A DNA stretch of 64,000 bases from an uncultured Alphaproteobacteria bacterium (GCA_937891825.1 CALAHN010000081.1:6700-70699), one strand, 5' to 3'; shown: positions 18,010 through 27,386, numbered from the stretch's first letter. Notes: generated by a model from the sequence alone, not told the origin. Program-made: numbers and translations.

Positions 18010-18902
18010 CCGCCAGCCCCGCCGCCCGCGCCCGCCGTCGCTTCTTCGCCAATCCCGCGGCGACGCTTGGGCTTGTGCTGCTCACGACCCTGGCGCTCTC
18101 GGCGATCTTCGCGGACGCGATTGTCGCGCTATTGAACTTGAATGCGGATGCGGTGGATTTCGCCAACCGCTATGCCCCGCCCTCGGCCGCGTCGCCGCTT
18201 GGCGGCGATGAGCTTGGCCGGGACGTCCTGGCGCGTCTCCTGGCCGGGGGGCGGGTGTCGCTGGCCGTCGGTCTGGCGGCGGCGATCGGCGCGGCGTCGA
18301 TCGGCGCGGCCATCGGGCTGATCGCGGGTTTTCGCGGCGGCTGGATCGATGCGGCGCTGATGCGGCTGACCGACCTGATGCTGGCGCTGCCGGTGCTGCC
18401 GCTCTTGATCGTGCTGGCGGCGGTCGATCCGGCGAAACTGGGGTTCGAGGGCGCGGCGGGACCCGGCGCCAGCGTCGTCCGGATCGTCGCCATCGTGGCG
18501 CTGGTCGGCTGGCCGGGCGCGGCGCGGCTGACCCGGGCTGCGGCGCTCGCCGCCCGGTCGGAGGATTATGTGCGCGCCGCCAGGGCCGTCGGCGTGCATC
18601 CGGTTCGGATCGCGCTCCGCCACGTGGCGCCCTCGGCGGCGGGGCCGCTGATCGTCGCGGCGACGCTTGCGATGGGCCAGGTGATCCTGTTCGAATCGAC
18701 GTTGAGCTTTCTTGGCCTTGGCGTCGAACCGCCGCTCGCCAGTTGGGGCGCCATGCTGGCCAATGCCCAGGAGACGGTCTGGGAGCAGCCGATGCTGGCT
18801 GTATGGCCGGGGCTCGCGATCTTTCTGACCGTGGTCGCCGTCAATTTTGTCGGCGATGGCCTTCGGGACGCCGCAAACCCGCGGGCGGAGCGCCGGAGAT
18901 AA
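18006..18902 (+). CDS. ABC transporter permease (DppC/OppC-like)
   Basis: 298 aa; overlaps previous stop; RAARAVGVHPVRIALRHVAPSAAGPLIVAAT. Confidence 0.8.
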   Translation: MTASPAARARRRFFANPAATLGLVLLTTLALSAIFADAIVALLNLNADAVDFANRYAPPSAASPLGGDELGRDVLARLLAGGRVSLAVGLAAAIGAASIGAAIGLIAGFRGGWIDAALMRLTDLMLALPVLPLLIVLAAVDPAKLGFEGAAGPGASVVRIVAIVALVGWPGAARLTRAAALAARSEDYVRAARAVGVHPVRIALRHVAPSAAGPLIVAATLAMGQVILFESTLSFLGLGVEPPLASWGAMLANAQETVWEQPMLAVWPGLAIFLTVVAVNFVGDGLRDAANPRAERRR

Positions 18903-19758
18903 GCACGACGCCGATCGCGACGGCGACCAGCGCCAGCCCTTCTTCCCAGCCGATGGGCTCGCCGAGGATCGGCCAGGCGGTCAGGGCCGCGAAGCAGGGG
19001 ACCAGCGCCGCGAACACCGCCGCCTGGGACGCGCCGAGACGCTGGATCGCGAAATTATAGAGGAACATCGCGACGAGCCCGTTCAGGACGCCGTGATAGC
19101 CGACCTGAAACGCAAGCCCGGCAAGCGGCAGATCGAAGAGCCCGCCGCCGCCCAGCAACAGCCAGATCGGCCCATAGATCGCCGCCGCCCCGACATGGGT
19201 GACAGCCAGGGCATGGGCCGCCGAGAGGCCGGAAATCCGGACGGTGACCGTATAGGCCGCCCACATCCAGGCGCAGTCGTGGAAGTAGAGGTAGCCTTCG
19301 AGCGACCCGCCGCCGGACCGCAGCGCCGCCCAGCCGACGAGGGCGACGCCCGCCATTACAGCCGCCAGCCCGAGCCAGCGCCGGAGCGTCGGCGGGTCCT
19401 TGAAGAGCAGCAGGCCAAGCACGAAGACGATCGCCGGAAACGTGCCGGGGATGAAGATCGCGGCGTGGGCCGCCGGCGCATGGCTGGCGCCCAGGCCGAC
19501 GAAGAGCGCGAATGGGCCGGACAGCGTCGCCAGGATCAACCCGGTGCCGCCCCAGCCCGCCTTGCCGGCTTTCAGACCATGCTTCAGCACGATCGGGAGG
19601 AAGACGATCGCGCCGGCGGAAAACCGCAGGACGACCATGTCGATCGGCTGGATCGCCCCGGTCGTCAGGCCAAGCCGGGTGATCGGAAACCAGGCGCCCC
19701 AGATCAGGCAGGCAGTCAGGGCCGCGCCTGCGGTCAGCAGGCGCGACGGCGCCATCAA
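18841..19758 (-). CDS. DMT-superfamily (EamA-like) transporter
   Basis: 305 aa; 10 predicted TM; two EamA repeats. Confidence 0.7.
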   Translation of the reverse strand: MMAPSRLLTAGAALTACLIWGAWFPITRLGLTTGAIQPIDMVVLRFSAGAIVFLPIVLKHGLKAGKAGWGGTGLILATLSGPFALFVGLGASHAPAAHAAIFIPGTFPAIVFVLGLLLFKDPPTLRRWLGLAAVMAGVALVGWAALRSGGGSLEGYLYFHDCAWMWAAYTVTVRISGLSAAHALAVTHVGAAAIYGPIWLLLGGGGLFDLPLAGLAFQVGYHGVLNGLVAMFLYNFAIQRLGASQAAVFAALVPCFAALTAWPILGEPIGWEEGLALVAVAIGVVLISGAPPAGLRRPEGHRRQN

Positions 19759-20756
19759 AAGGCCCGTTCGACGCAGAAGTCGGCGATGCCGGCCAAGGTT
19801 TCCAGATACACGGGGTCGGCGTCCAGGGACTTGAGCGCGGCCTTGGCGTCGTCGGCCCGGTCGCGGGCGGCCTTCGCCGAATCGGCGAGCGCGCCGGAGG
19901 AACGGAGGAGGTCGATGGCGTGCGCGAGATCGGCGTCCGTCTGCTGTTCGTCCTCGATGCAGCGCCGCCAGAACGCCCGGTCGGCCTCGCCGCCGCGGGC
20001 ATAGGCCAAGAGCACGGGCAGGGTCGCCTTGCCCTCGCGGAAATCATCCCCGACGGTCTTGCCGAGCGCCGCCTGATCGGCGTCATAGTCGAGTACGTCG
20101 TCGACGATCTGGAAGGCGAGGCCAAGGTTCATGCCGTAAGCATCAAGCGCATCGGCGTCGGCTTTCGGCCGGCCGGCGATCACGGCGCCGACGCGGGCGG
20201 CGGCGGCGAAGAGCGCCGCCGTCTTGCCGCGAATGACGTCGTAATAGGCGGCTTCCGTCGTCGCGGGGTCGTTGGCGGTGGTCAATTGCAAGACTTCGCC
20301 TTCGGCGATGGTCGCGGCGGCGTTGGCGAGGATCGCCAGCACTTCGAGCGAGCCGGCGTCCACCATGAGCTGAAAGGACCGGCTGAACAGGAAGTCGCCG
20401 ACCAGCACGCTCGCCTGATTGCCGAAGAGCGCGTTCGCCGAAGCGCGGCCGCGGCGGAGCGCGCTTTCATCGACGACATCGTCATGCAGCAAGGTCGCCG
20501 TGTGGATGAACTCCACGCAGGCCGCCAGCCCGATATGATGGTCGCCGCCATAGCCGCACATACGGGCGGCGGCGAGCGTCAGCAGCGGCCGCAGGCGCTT
20601 GCCGCCGGCGGCGACGATGTGGCCCGCGATCTCCGGAATCATCGGCACCGGGCTTTGCATGCGTTCGACGATCAGGCGGTTGACGCCGGTCATGTCGTCC
20701 CGGAGGAGGGCCGCAAGCGCGTCGAGCGCCGAGGGAGTGACGTGGCCGTCTTGCAA
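19755..20756 (-). CDS. ispB: Polyprenyl diphosphate synthase (IspB/DdsA-like trans-prenyltransferase)
   Basis: 333 aa; aspartate-rich motifs LLHDDVVDES and DDVLDY. Confidence 0.85.
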   Translation of the reverse strand: MQDGHVTPSALDALAALLRDDMTGVNRLIVERMQSPVPMIPEIAGHIVAAGGKRLRPLLTLAAARMCGYGGDHHIGLAACVEFIHTATLLHDDVVDESALRRGRASANALFGNQASVLVGDFLFSRSFQLMVDAGSLEVLAILANAAATIAEGEVLQLTTANDPATTEAAYYDVIRGKTAALFAAAARVGAVIAGRPKADADALDAYGMNLGLAFQIVDDVLDYDADQAALGKTVGDDFREGKATLPVLLAYARGGEADRAFWRRCIEDEQQTDADLAHAIDLLRSSGALADSAKAARDRADDAKAALKSLDADPVYLETLAGIADFCVERAF

Positions 20757-20895
20757 GGTCCGCGCTCCGGGTTGATCGCTGGAAGAATGGCGGCGAGCAT
20801 AAGACCGAAGCGCTCCCGGTCAATTGGCCGATGCGTCACGGGGGGCCATGCGCCGCCCGGGGGCATGGGGATCGCATCTGGATGGAGCTGGGTGA

Positions 20896-21117
20896 ATGGA
20901 AGAAGTCCTTCGGACCGGCGATCCGGTGCGCGCGTCCTGGGCGGTCGCCATCCTGGCGGACGCCGGCATCGCGGCGTTCATCGTCGACGTGCATGCGCAC
21001 ATCATGGAAGGCGGCGGCGTCGCGATCCCGCGCCGGGTGCTGACCGCTTCCGAGGACGCGAGCCGTGCGCGCTGGATTCTGAAAACCGAGGACCCCCTGA
21101 CGGTCCAGGCGCCATGA
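20896..21117 (+). CDS. DUF2007 domain-containing small protein (putative signal transducing protein)
   Basis: 73 aa; ASWAVAILADAGIAAFIVDVHAHIMEGGGVAIPRRVLTASEDASRARWIL; conserved partner of the downstream methyltransferase in Alphaproteobacteria. Confidence 0.6.
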   Translation: MEEVLRTGDPVRASWAVAILADAGIAAFIVDVHAHIMEGGGVAIPRRVLTASEDASRARWILKTEDPLTVQAP

Positions 21118-21857
21118 CCGGGCCGGATGCGGTCACGGAGGACGGCTGGCTCGGCGGCGCGCTTCGGCTGTCGCAGCCGAAGGCGGGCTACCGGGTCGCG
21201 ATCGACGCTGCCTTGCTCGCGGCCGCGGTCGCGGTCGGGCCGGGCGGCCGGGCGCTGGAGTTCGGGACGGGCGTCGGAGCGGCGGCGCTGGCGCTCGCCT
21301 GGCGTCTCAAGGACGTTCAGATCGATGCGGTCGAGGTGCAGGCGCCGCTCGCGGCGCTCGCCCGCCGCAATGTCGCATTGAACGGCCTCGAAGGCCGGGT
21401 GCGGATTATCGAAGGCGATCTTGCCGCTGTCCCGCTCGACGCCCGCGCCTATGACGCGGTTTTCTTCAACCCGCCCTATCTGAAGCCTGGCGACAACGAC
21501 CCTGCGCCCGACCCGGTCAAGCGCATCGCGACAGTCGAGGGCGAGGTTGGGTTGCCGGCCTGGTTCGCAGCGGCCGCCAGAAGCGCGCGCGCGGGCGGCG
21601 CCGTCGTTGCGATCCATCGGGCCGACCGGCTCGGCGATCTTCTGGCCGCCGCCGCGGCCGCCGGAGTCGGCGGGCTGACCGTCTTCCCGCTCTGGCCGAA
21701 AGTGGGCGAACCGGCGGCGCGCGTGCTTGTCAGCGGCCGGGCTGGCAAGGGCGGCCGGCTGACCCTGGCGCCCGGCCTCATCCTGCATGAAGCCGACGGC
21801 GCCTATACCGCCGCCGCCAGGGCGGCGCTCACAGGCAGCGCGCTCAAGCTTGGTTGA
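21114..21857 (+). CDS. Class I SAM-dependent N6-adenine-type methyltransferase (NPPY motif; TrmN6/YfiC-like)
   Basis: Real gene is the last ~247 codons of long ORF 19920..21857; ATG 21114 overlaps the DUF2007 stop; VGAAALALA SAM motif, AVFFNPPYL. Confidence 0.7.
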   Translation: MTGPDAVTEDGWLGGALRLSQPKAGYRVAIDAALLAAAVAVGPGGRALEFGTGVGAAALALAWRLKDVQIDAVEVQAPLAALARRNVALNGLEGRVRIIEGDLAAVPLDARAYDAVFFNPPYLKPGDNDPAPDPVKRIATVEGEVGLPAWFAAAARSARAGGAVVAIHRADRLGDLLAAAAAAGVGGLTVFPLWPKVGEPAARVLVSGRAGKGGRLTLAPGLILHEADGAYTAAARAALTGSALKLG

Positions 21858-21886
21858 ACGACGGTTCAATTAAAGCTTGGATCGCT

Positions 21887-21958
21887 CAAGCGCGCCGACG
21901 CGCCCCTATGTTCAAGCGCGTCGACGCGCCTCCAGCGTTCAGGCGCGTCGACGCGCCA
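21887..21958. repeat. Three tandem copies (period ~26-27 bp) of a 16-bp perfect palindrome GGCGCGTCGACGCGCC
   Basis: caagcgcgccgacgcgccc / caagcgcgtcgacgcgcct / caggcgcgtcgacgcgcca; preceded by IR ttgaac-gacg-gttcaa; spans convergent gap and last codons of the AstE-family gene. Confidence 0.7.
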
Positions 21959-22889
21959 GCCTCGCGACGCGCTGCCCGGCGCGGGCGCGGTGGTTCGGCA
22001 TGATAAGGGCGCAATCGTCGTATGGCGTCGTGATCTCGCGGCCGCCGTCGGTTGCGATTACGGCGCCGGCTTTCGGGAAGACCTCGCAGCCCCGGTAGGC
22101 TTGTGTGAAGCGGAACGTATCCGTCTCGGCGGTGACGCCGTCGGTCACGTCGAGGACCTGCTGGGGCGCCAACGAGGGCCAGGCCAGAAGCGGCGCGGCA
22201 GCCTCTGCCGTCAGCACGCCGGTCGCCGCCAGAAAGCGCACGGCCGTCTCCTTGGCGGCGACGCCCGACGCGGCGGCCCAATGCTGGCCGCATTCCACCA
22301 AAAGGGCGGTCTTGTCATTCGTCGGGTCGTCGAAGGGCGTGTATTCGATGAGCCGCTTGCCGGGCGCGAATACAGGCCCCGTCACGACATAGGCGGGATA
22401 GGCGACGCGGCGCGCCATCGCCACATGTTTCTCCAACGCATTCACCAGGACGAGCGGCGGCGAATTCGATGTCATCGAATGGATGTCGAGCAGATCGTCG
22501 ACCGTATCGAACAGCGGCCGTAGTTCGCGGGCGCGGCGCAATTCGACGGTATCGTCCGGCCCCTCCAGGCGAGCTTCTTCCCAGAGGCGGTTGAAATCCT
22601 CGTTCACGAAGCGGGAGGCATAGGGCGACTTCGGGTCGAACAGGGCATGGGCGTCGATATTGACGAAGGCGAAGGTCAGCTTGCCCGTGGACGGCCGGAT
22701 ATTGAGGCAGAACAGAAAGTCTAGCGCGATGGCGCCGCAGATTTCATTGCCGTGGGTCAGGGCCGAGATCATGACATGTCGGCCGGGCTTGCCGCTGTCC
22801 CAGGTGTGCACGAACGGGATGCCGGCGCCGCCATCGCGATACTTGGCGATATCCGGGGCGGCTAATTCTACGACGGGCGTGTCGGTCAT
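21939..22889 (-). CDS. Succinylglutamate desuccinylase/aspartoacylase (AstE/AspA) family zinc hydrolase
   Basis: ISALTHGNEICGAIAL zinc-binding motif; ATG at 22889 (MTDTPVV) preceded by GAGGGAG; listed ORF start 22907 is a TTG upstream. Confidence 0.75.
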   Translation of the reverse strand: MTDTPVVELAAPDIAKYRDGGAGIPFVHTWDSGKPGRHVMISALTHGNEICGAIALDFLFCLNIRPSTGKLTFAFVNIDAHALFDPKSPYASRFVNEDFNRLWEEARLEGPDDTVELRRARELRPLFDTVDDLLDIHSMTSNSPPLVLVNALEKHVAMARRVAYPAYVVTGPVFAPGKRLIEYTPFDDPTNDKTALLVECGQHWAAASGVAAKETAVRFLAATGVLTAEAAAPLLAWPSLAPQQVLDVTDGVTAETDTFRFTQAYRGCEVFPKAGAVIATDGGREITTPYDDCALIMPNHRARAGQRVARLARRRA

Positions 22890-22949
22890 GGAGCAGCTCC
22901 CTCTCAATCGCAGTGTGTTATGGGGCGTTTGGCGGCCCGCGGCCAGGGG

Positions 22950-24248
22950 TCAGGCGGCGCCGAAGACCCGTTCGAACAGCGTATCGAGATGGATCAGCTG
23001 GCGCTCGGGGTCGAAGGCGGCTTCAAGCTTGGCGCAGGTGACGCGGCCGGCGATCTCCGGGTCGGCTTTCAGGCGGCTCAGGAAGTCCCCGCCATGGCGC
23101 CAGACGTCCATGGCGTTCGCCTGGACCAGGCGATAGGCGTCTTCCCGCGATACGCCCGCCTGGGTGAGGGCCAGCAGCACATGCTGGGAGAACGCGAGCC
23201 CGCCCATCCGGTCCATGTTCGCCTGCATGCGCTCGGGATAGACCAGCAGCTTCTCGATCATGCCGGCGAGGCGGACCAGGGCGAAATCCAGCGTCACGGT
23301 CGTGTCCGGCGCGAGCATGCGCTCGACCGAGGAATGGGAGATGTCCCGTTCATGCCAAAGCGCGACGTTCTCCATGGCCGGCGTCACGGCGGCGCGGACG
23401 AGGCGGGCGAGGCCGGTCAGGTTTTCCGAAAGGACGGGGTTCCGCTTGTGCGGCATCGCGGAGGAGCCCTTCTGGCCCTGATGGAAATACTCTTCCGCCT
23501 CCAGGACTTCCGTCCGCTGCAGATGGCGAACTTCCACGGCGAAGCGTTCGATCGCGCTGGCGATCACCGCCAGCACCGAAAAGAACATCGCGTGGCGGTC
23601 GCGGGGAATGACCTGGGTCGAGATCGTTTCCGGCGTCAGGCCCATCTTGGCCGCGACATGCGCTTCGACGCGGGGGTCGATCGACGCGAAGGTGCCGACG
23701 GGGCCGGAAATCGCGCAGGTCGCAATCTCGGCGCGGGCGGCTTCCAGGCGCTTGCGGTTGCGGGCGAATTCCGCGTAGTGGCCGGCCAGCTTCAGGCCGA
23801 ATGTCGTCGGTTCCGCATGAATGCCGTGGCTGCGGCCGATGGTGATGGTCCGCTTGTGCTCGATGGCGCGGGTCTTGAGCGCCGCCAGCACCCGGTCGAT
23901 ATCCGCCAGCAGCAAATCCGATGCGCGGGCGAGCTGCACCGAAAGGCAGGTGTCGAGCACGTCGGACGAGGTCATGCCCTGGTGGACGAACCGTGCTTCC
24001 GGTCCGACATGCTCAGCCAGATTGGTCAGGAAGGCGATGACGTCGTGGCGGGTTTCCGCTTCGATGGCGTCGATCCGGTAGACCTCGAACTTGCCGCGCG
24101 CCCAAACGGCTTCCGCGGCTTCCCTGGGCACGACGCCCAGTTCGGCCTGGGCGTCCATGGCGTGAGCTTCGATCTCGAACCAGATCTGGAACTTGGTTTC
24201 CGGCGACCAGATATCGGCCATCTCGGGACGGGAATAGCGGGGGATCAT
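22950..24248 (-). CDS. purB: Adenylosuccinate lyase
   Basis: 432 aa; MIPRYSRPEMADIWSPETKFQIWFEIEAHA canonical PurB N-terminus; fumarate-lyase signature GSSAMPHKRNP. Confidence 0.95.
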   Translation of the reverse strand: MIPRYSRPEMADIWSPETKFQIWFEIEAHAMDAQAELGVVPREAAEAVWARGKFEVYRIDAIEAETRHDVIAFLTNLAEHVGPEARFVHQGMTSSDVLDTCLSVQLARASDLLLADIDRVLAALKTRAIEHKRTITIGRSHGIHAEPTTFGLKLAGHYAEFARNRKRLEAARAEIATCAISGPVGTFASIDPRVEAHVAAKMGLTPETISTQVIPRDRHAMFFSVLAVIASAIERFAVEVRHLQRTEVLEAEEYFHQGQKGSSAMPHKRNPVLSENLTGLARLVRAAVTPAMENVALWHERDISHSSVERMLAPDTTVTLDFALVRLAGMIEKLLVYPERMQANMDRMGGLAFSQHVLLALTQAGVSREDAYRLVQANAMDVWRHGGDFLSRLKADPEIAGRVTCAKLEAAFDPERQLIHLDTLFERVFGAA

Positions 24249-24419
24249 GCAGGGACTCCGGAACGGGCGGCAGCGCGCGAGGGGGAGTTATCGCGGCGGG
24301 CGCGGGAACGGTCAACGGCCGCTCGCCTGTGGCCGGCCCGATCCGAATCCGCTGTTGACTTGGCCGGCCTCGCCGCCCCACCTAAAGCGCTCGCGTCAGC
24401 CGTCAGGAAGTTTGGCCCC

Positions 24420-25364
24420 ATGTATCGCCCCAAGTATCGATCCTTCCGCGCCGCATGCCTGCTCGCAACCGGCGCCTTGTTGGCCGCCGCGCCAGCGAAG
24501 GCAGCGTCGCCGCCTGACCTCGATAGATCGTCGGTCTGCGGGTTCCTCCCCTACCGCGACGCCGGTCCCGACCGGTTCGCCGGCCCCCGGCGCCAGGCAG
24601 ATAAAGTAGCGAAGGTCGGGCCGCAGACGACCTATTCGCTCGCCTGGGATTTGGCGCGCCCGGTGCTGCTGGCGGCCGAACTCGCGGAGGACCTGCTCGC
24701 CGGGCAAAGCGTCGACGCCGTGCGCGACGTCCATGGCGGGGCGCTCAGCCTCGGGGAATATATGCTGCATGCGGCGCAGAACTTCGCGGCGGCGCCGCCC
24801 GCGCCGGAGAGCGATGATTTCCGCGTGTTGCTCGCGGCCGAGCGCCCGGCGAATTTCCACCGCATCTACGCGCATGCCAAGCAAGGCTACGAGGAACTGG
24901 CCGCGATGCTGGCGCCCGACGCCGCCCCGCCCGATCCGGCGACGCTCAAGCGGATCGCGGCATCCTGGCGGCCGACCTATGGGATGCTGGCCAAGGCCCA
25001 GGCGGACGACAAGCGGATCGAACTGATCGCGACCGACCTGGACGCCGATGCGGTCGCGGAGAAGGAAGCGGTCGCCTGCCTCGCCGCCGCCATCGCAGCC
25101 GCGGCCGGCGACTGGGCCGACGCGGCCGCCGTCGCCAAGGCCGCAGCGGCGCGCTGGCCGCTCCGCCCGACCGTCAACGCCCGCGCGCTCGCGAAGGCGG
25201 CGCGCGTGCCGTTCTTCGAGTATGAGGACGCTGGCGACGCGCTCGCGGCCAAAATCGAAGCGCTGCCGGACGGCCCGGTCGACGATGCTGCGTTCCGTGA
25301 TGTTGGCAAGGCCTACGTAGCCTTCGTCGCCGCATCGAAAGCGTATTACGAAGCGCAGCGCTGA
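24420..25364 (+). CDS. Hypothetical Ala-rich secreted protein (signal peptide; no recognisable domain)
   Basis: Real start ATG 24420 inside long ORF 22920..25364 (upstream part is antisense to purB); MYRPKYRSFRAACLLATGALLAAAPAKAASP signal. Confidence 0.5.
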   Translation: MYRPKYRSFRAACLLATGALLAAAPAKAASPPDLDRSSVCGFLPYRDAGPDRFAGPRRQADKVAKVGPQTTYSLAWDLARPVLLAAELAEDLLAGQSVDAVRDVHGGALSLGEYMLHAAQNFAAAPPAPESDDFRVLLAAERPANFHRIYAHAKQGYEELAAMLAPDAAPPDPATLKRIAASWRPTYGMLAKAQADDKRIELIATDLDADAVAEKEAVACLAAAIAAAAGDWADAAAVAKAAAARWPLRPTVNARALAKAARVPFFEYEDAGDALAAKIEALPDGPVDDAAFRDVGKAYVAFVAASKAYYEAQR

Positions 25365-25461
25365 CGGAGCGTCGGTCGCCTGGCTGCGGCGGGCGACGGC
25401 TCGCGTACCGCCCGGAACGGCGCCATACTTTCCCGAAATAGCCGTTGGGAGAGCGCCGGAT

Positions 25462-26514
25462 ATGACTGAAGTAAAAGCTTCGCCGCGGGATGTGGAGGCG
25501 CGGATGCATCCGGTCGATCCCGCATGGCTTGGGAAAACCGTCGAACCGGTGATCGAGCCGGATCTGCCGATCGTCGATCCCCATCATCACCTCTGGGATT
25601 TCCGGAATTACCCCTATCTGCTGGAGGGCATCCTGGCGGATGTCGGCTCCGGGCATAATGTCCGGGCGACTGTGTTCATCGAATGCTCGGCGATGTGGAC
25701 CAGGGCCGGCGACGTCCCGGACCCGATGCGTCCGGTCGGCGAGGTCGCGTTCGTCAACGGCATCGCCGCGATGAGCGCCAGCGGCCGCTACGGCGACGTC
25801 CGCGTCGCGGCCGGGATCGTCGGCCATGCGGATCTGATGCTTGGCAGCGCGGTCCAGGACGTGCTGGCGGCCCAGGTGCGGGCCGGCAATGGCCGGTTCC
25901 GGGGCATCCGCTATTCGATTTCCCATGACGATGCGCCGGAAATCCACAATTCCCATACCGGCGGCGCGCCGGACGCCTTTCGCCAGTCCGCCTTCCGCGA
26001 CGGCTACCGGACCCTGGGCCGCATGGGCCTCTCCTTCGAAGCCTGGATGTATCACCCGCAATTGCGGGAGCTCGCGGCGCTGGTCGAAGCCTGCCCGGAC
26101 ACCGCCGTCGTCCTGAACCATTGCGGCGGCCCGCTTGGCATCGGCCCCTATGCCGGCAAGCGCGATGCTGTGTTCCGGGACTGGAAAGCCGGGATCGAGG
26201 CGGTCGCGAAAGCAGGGCCGGCCCATGTGAAGCTCGGCGGCATCGGCATGACGATCAACGGCTTCGACTTCCAGACCCGCGCCGCGCCCGCATCCTCGAC
26301 TGAGCTGGCCGACCACTGGCGGCCCTATATCGACGCTTGCATCGAAGCGTTCGGGCCGGAGCGCTGCATGTTCGAATCGAACTTCCCGGTCGACAAGATT
26401 TCCGGCAGCTACCGAACCTATTGGAACGCCTTCAAGCGGCTCGCGTCCGGCGCCAGCGCCGCGGAAAAGGCGGCGATGTTCCATGACGTGGCCAAGCGCT
26501 TCTACAAGCTATAG
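25462..26514 (+). CDS. Amidohydrolase-2 family metal-dependent hydrolase (TIM barrel)
   Basis: 350 aa; DPHHHLWDF motif near N-terminus, later conserved His/Asp. Confidence 0.75.
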   Translation: MTEVKASPRDVEARMHPVDPAWLGKTVEPVIEPDLPIVDPHHHLWDFRNYPYLLEGILADVGSGHNVRATVFIECSAMWTRAGDVPDPMRPVGEVAFVNGIAAMSASGRYGDVRVAAGIVGHADLMLGSAVQDVLAAQVRAGNGRFRGIRYSISHDDAPEIHNSHTGGAPDAFRQSAFRDGYRTLGRMGLSFEAWMYHPQLRELAALVEACPDTAVVLNHCGGPLGIGPYAGKRDAVFRDWKAGIEAVAKAGPAHVKLGGIGMTINGFDFQTRAAPASSTELADHWRPYIDACIEAFGPERCMFESNFPVDKISGSYRTYWNAFKRLASGASAAEKAAMFHDVAKRFYKL

Positions 26515-27252
26515 GGAGCGCGCCGCCGCCAGCATGTAGTTCATCGAGGCGTCGGAGGAGAGCCGCCAGTCGTCGGTCAGCGGCTGGTAGCTGACGCCTT
26601 CGACCCGCTCGATCGCGAGGCCGGCGGCTCGGAGGGGGCGGGCCAGTTCTGACGGTTTCAGGAATTTCCGCCAGTCGTGGGTGCCGCGCGGGACCCAGCC
26701 GAGCACGTATTCGGCGGCGAACTTCGCAAGCGCCAGCGACTTGATCGAGCGGTTGATCGTCGAGAGAACGAGCAGCCCGCCTGGCGCGACCAAGGCCGCC
26801 GCCGCCGCGAGAAAGCGTTCCGTGTCGGGCACATGCTCGACAACCTCCAGCGAGACGACCAGATCGAACGCCGCGCCCTCGCTCGCCAGCGCTTCCGCCG
26901 TTTGGAGACGGTAGTCGATCTCCAGGCCGCCGGCTTGGGCGTGGGCGCGGGCGGCGGCGATGTTCGCTTCCGTAACATCCAGGCCGGTCGTCCGGGCGCC
27001 GAGCCTGGCCAGCGGTTCGGAAGCGAGGCCGCCGCCGCAGCCGATATCAAGCGCGGTCAGCCCCGCCATCTGGCCGACGCCCATCGGCCGGCCGAACTGG
27101 CGCGCGACGGCCTCGACGATGAAGCGCATGCGGACGGGGCTGAGCTTGTGCAGCGGCCGGAACGGGCCTTCAGGGTTCCACCATTCGTCCGCCAACGCTG
27201 CGAATTGGGCGGCTTCCCGGGGGTCGACCAGGCCGGGTTCCATTGTCGCCAT
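26509..27252 (-). CDS. ubiG: Bifunctional 3-demethylubiquinone-9 3-O-methyltransferase / 2-polyprenyl-6-hydroxyphenol methylase
   Basis: 247 aa; EWWNPEGPFRPLHKLSPVRMRF, LDIGCGGGLASEPLAR SAM motif. Confidence 0.9.
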   Translation of the reverse strand: MATMEPGLVDPREAAQFAALADEWWNPEGPFRPLHKLSPVRMRFIVEAVARQFGRPMGVGQMAGLTALDIGCGGGLASEPLARLGARTTGLDVTEANIAAARAHAQAGGLEIDYRLQTAEALASEGAAFDLVVSLEVVEHVPDTERFLAAAAALVAPGGLLVLSTINRSIKSLALAKFAAEYVLGWVPRGTHDWRKFLKPSELARPLRAAGLAIERVEGVSYQPLTDDWRLSSDASMNYMLAAARSL

Positions 27253-27282
27253 CGCTCAAGCTCCTTTTTTGCCCGCTTGCAG

Positions 27283-27372
27283 CGCGTGCCGTCGGTCAAT
27301 ATGTTGCGCGCGCAATCCGACGGCAACTCAACAGGCGGCCGCGGACCGGAAGCTGTGGCCGGTCCGCGGCCG
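27283..27372 (+). promoter_or_regulatory. Structured lysC leader: two strong stem-loops immediately upstream of the SD
   Basis: Hairpin 1 gccgtcgg...ttgcgcgcgcaa...ccgacggc (27283-27325); hairpin 2 perfect 14-bp IR cggccgcggaccgg/ccggtccgcggccg (27336-27372) followed by AAGGG SD and GTG start. Confidence 0.4.
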
Positions 27373-27386
27373 AAGGGCATTCTTTC

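Noticed and set aside
18841-18902. 62-bp 3'-end overlap of convergent DppC-like and DMT genes
   Set aside because: Probably real but unremarkable. It could also reflect a slightly over-extended C-terminus of either ORF.
22920-25364. 814-aa + strand ORF spanning purB
   Set aside because: Only the last 315 codons (from ATG 24420, signal peptide) look like a gene. The upstream part is antisense to purB.
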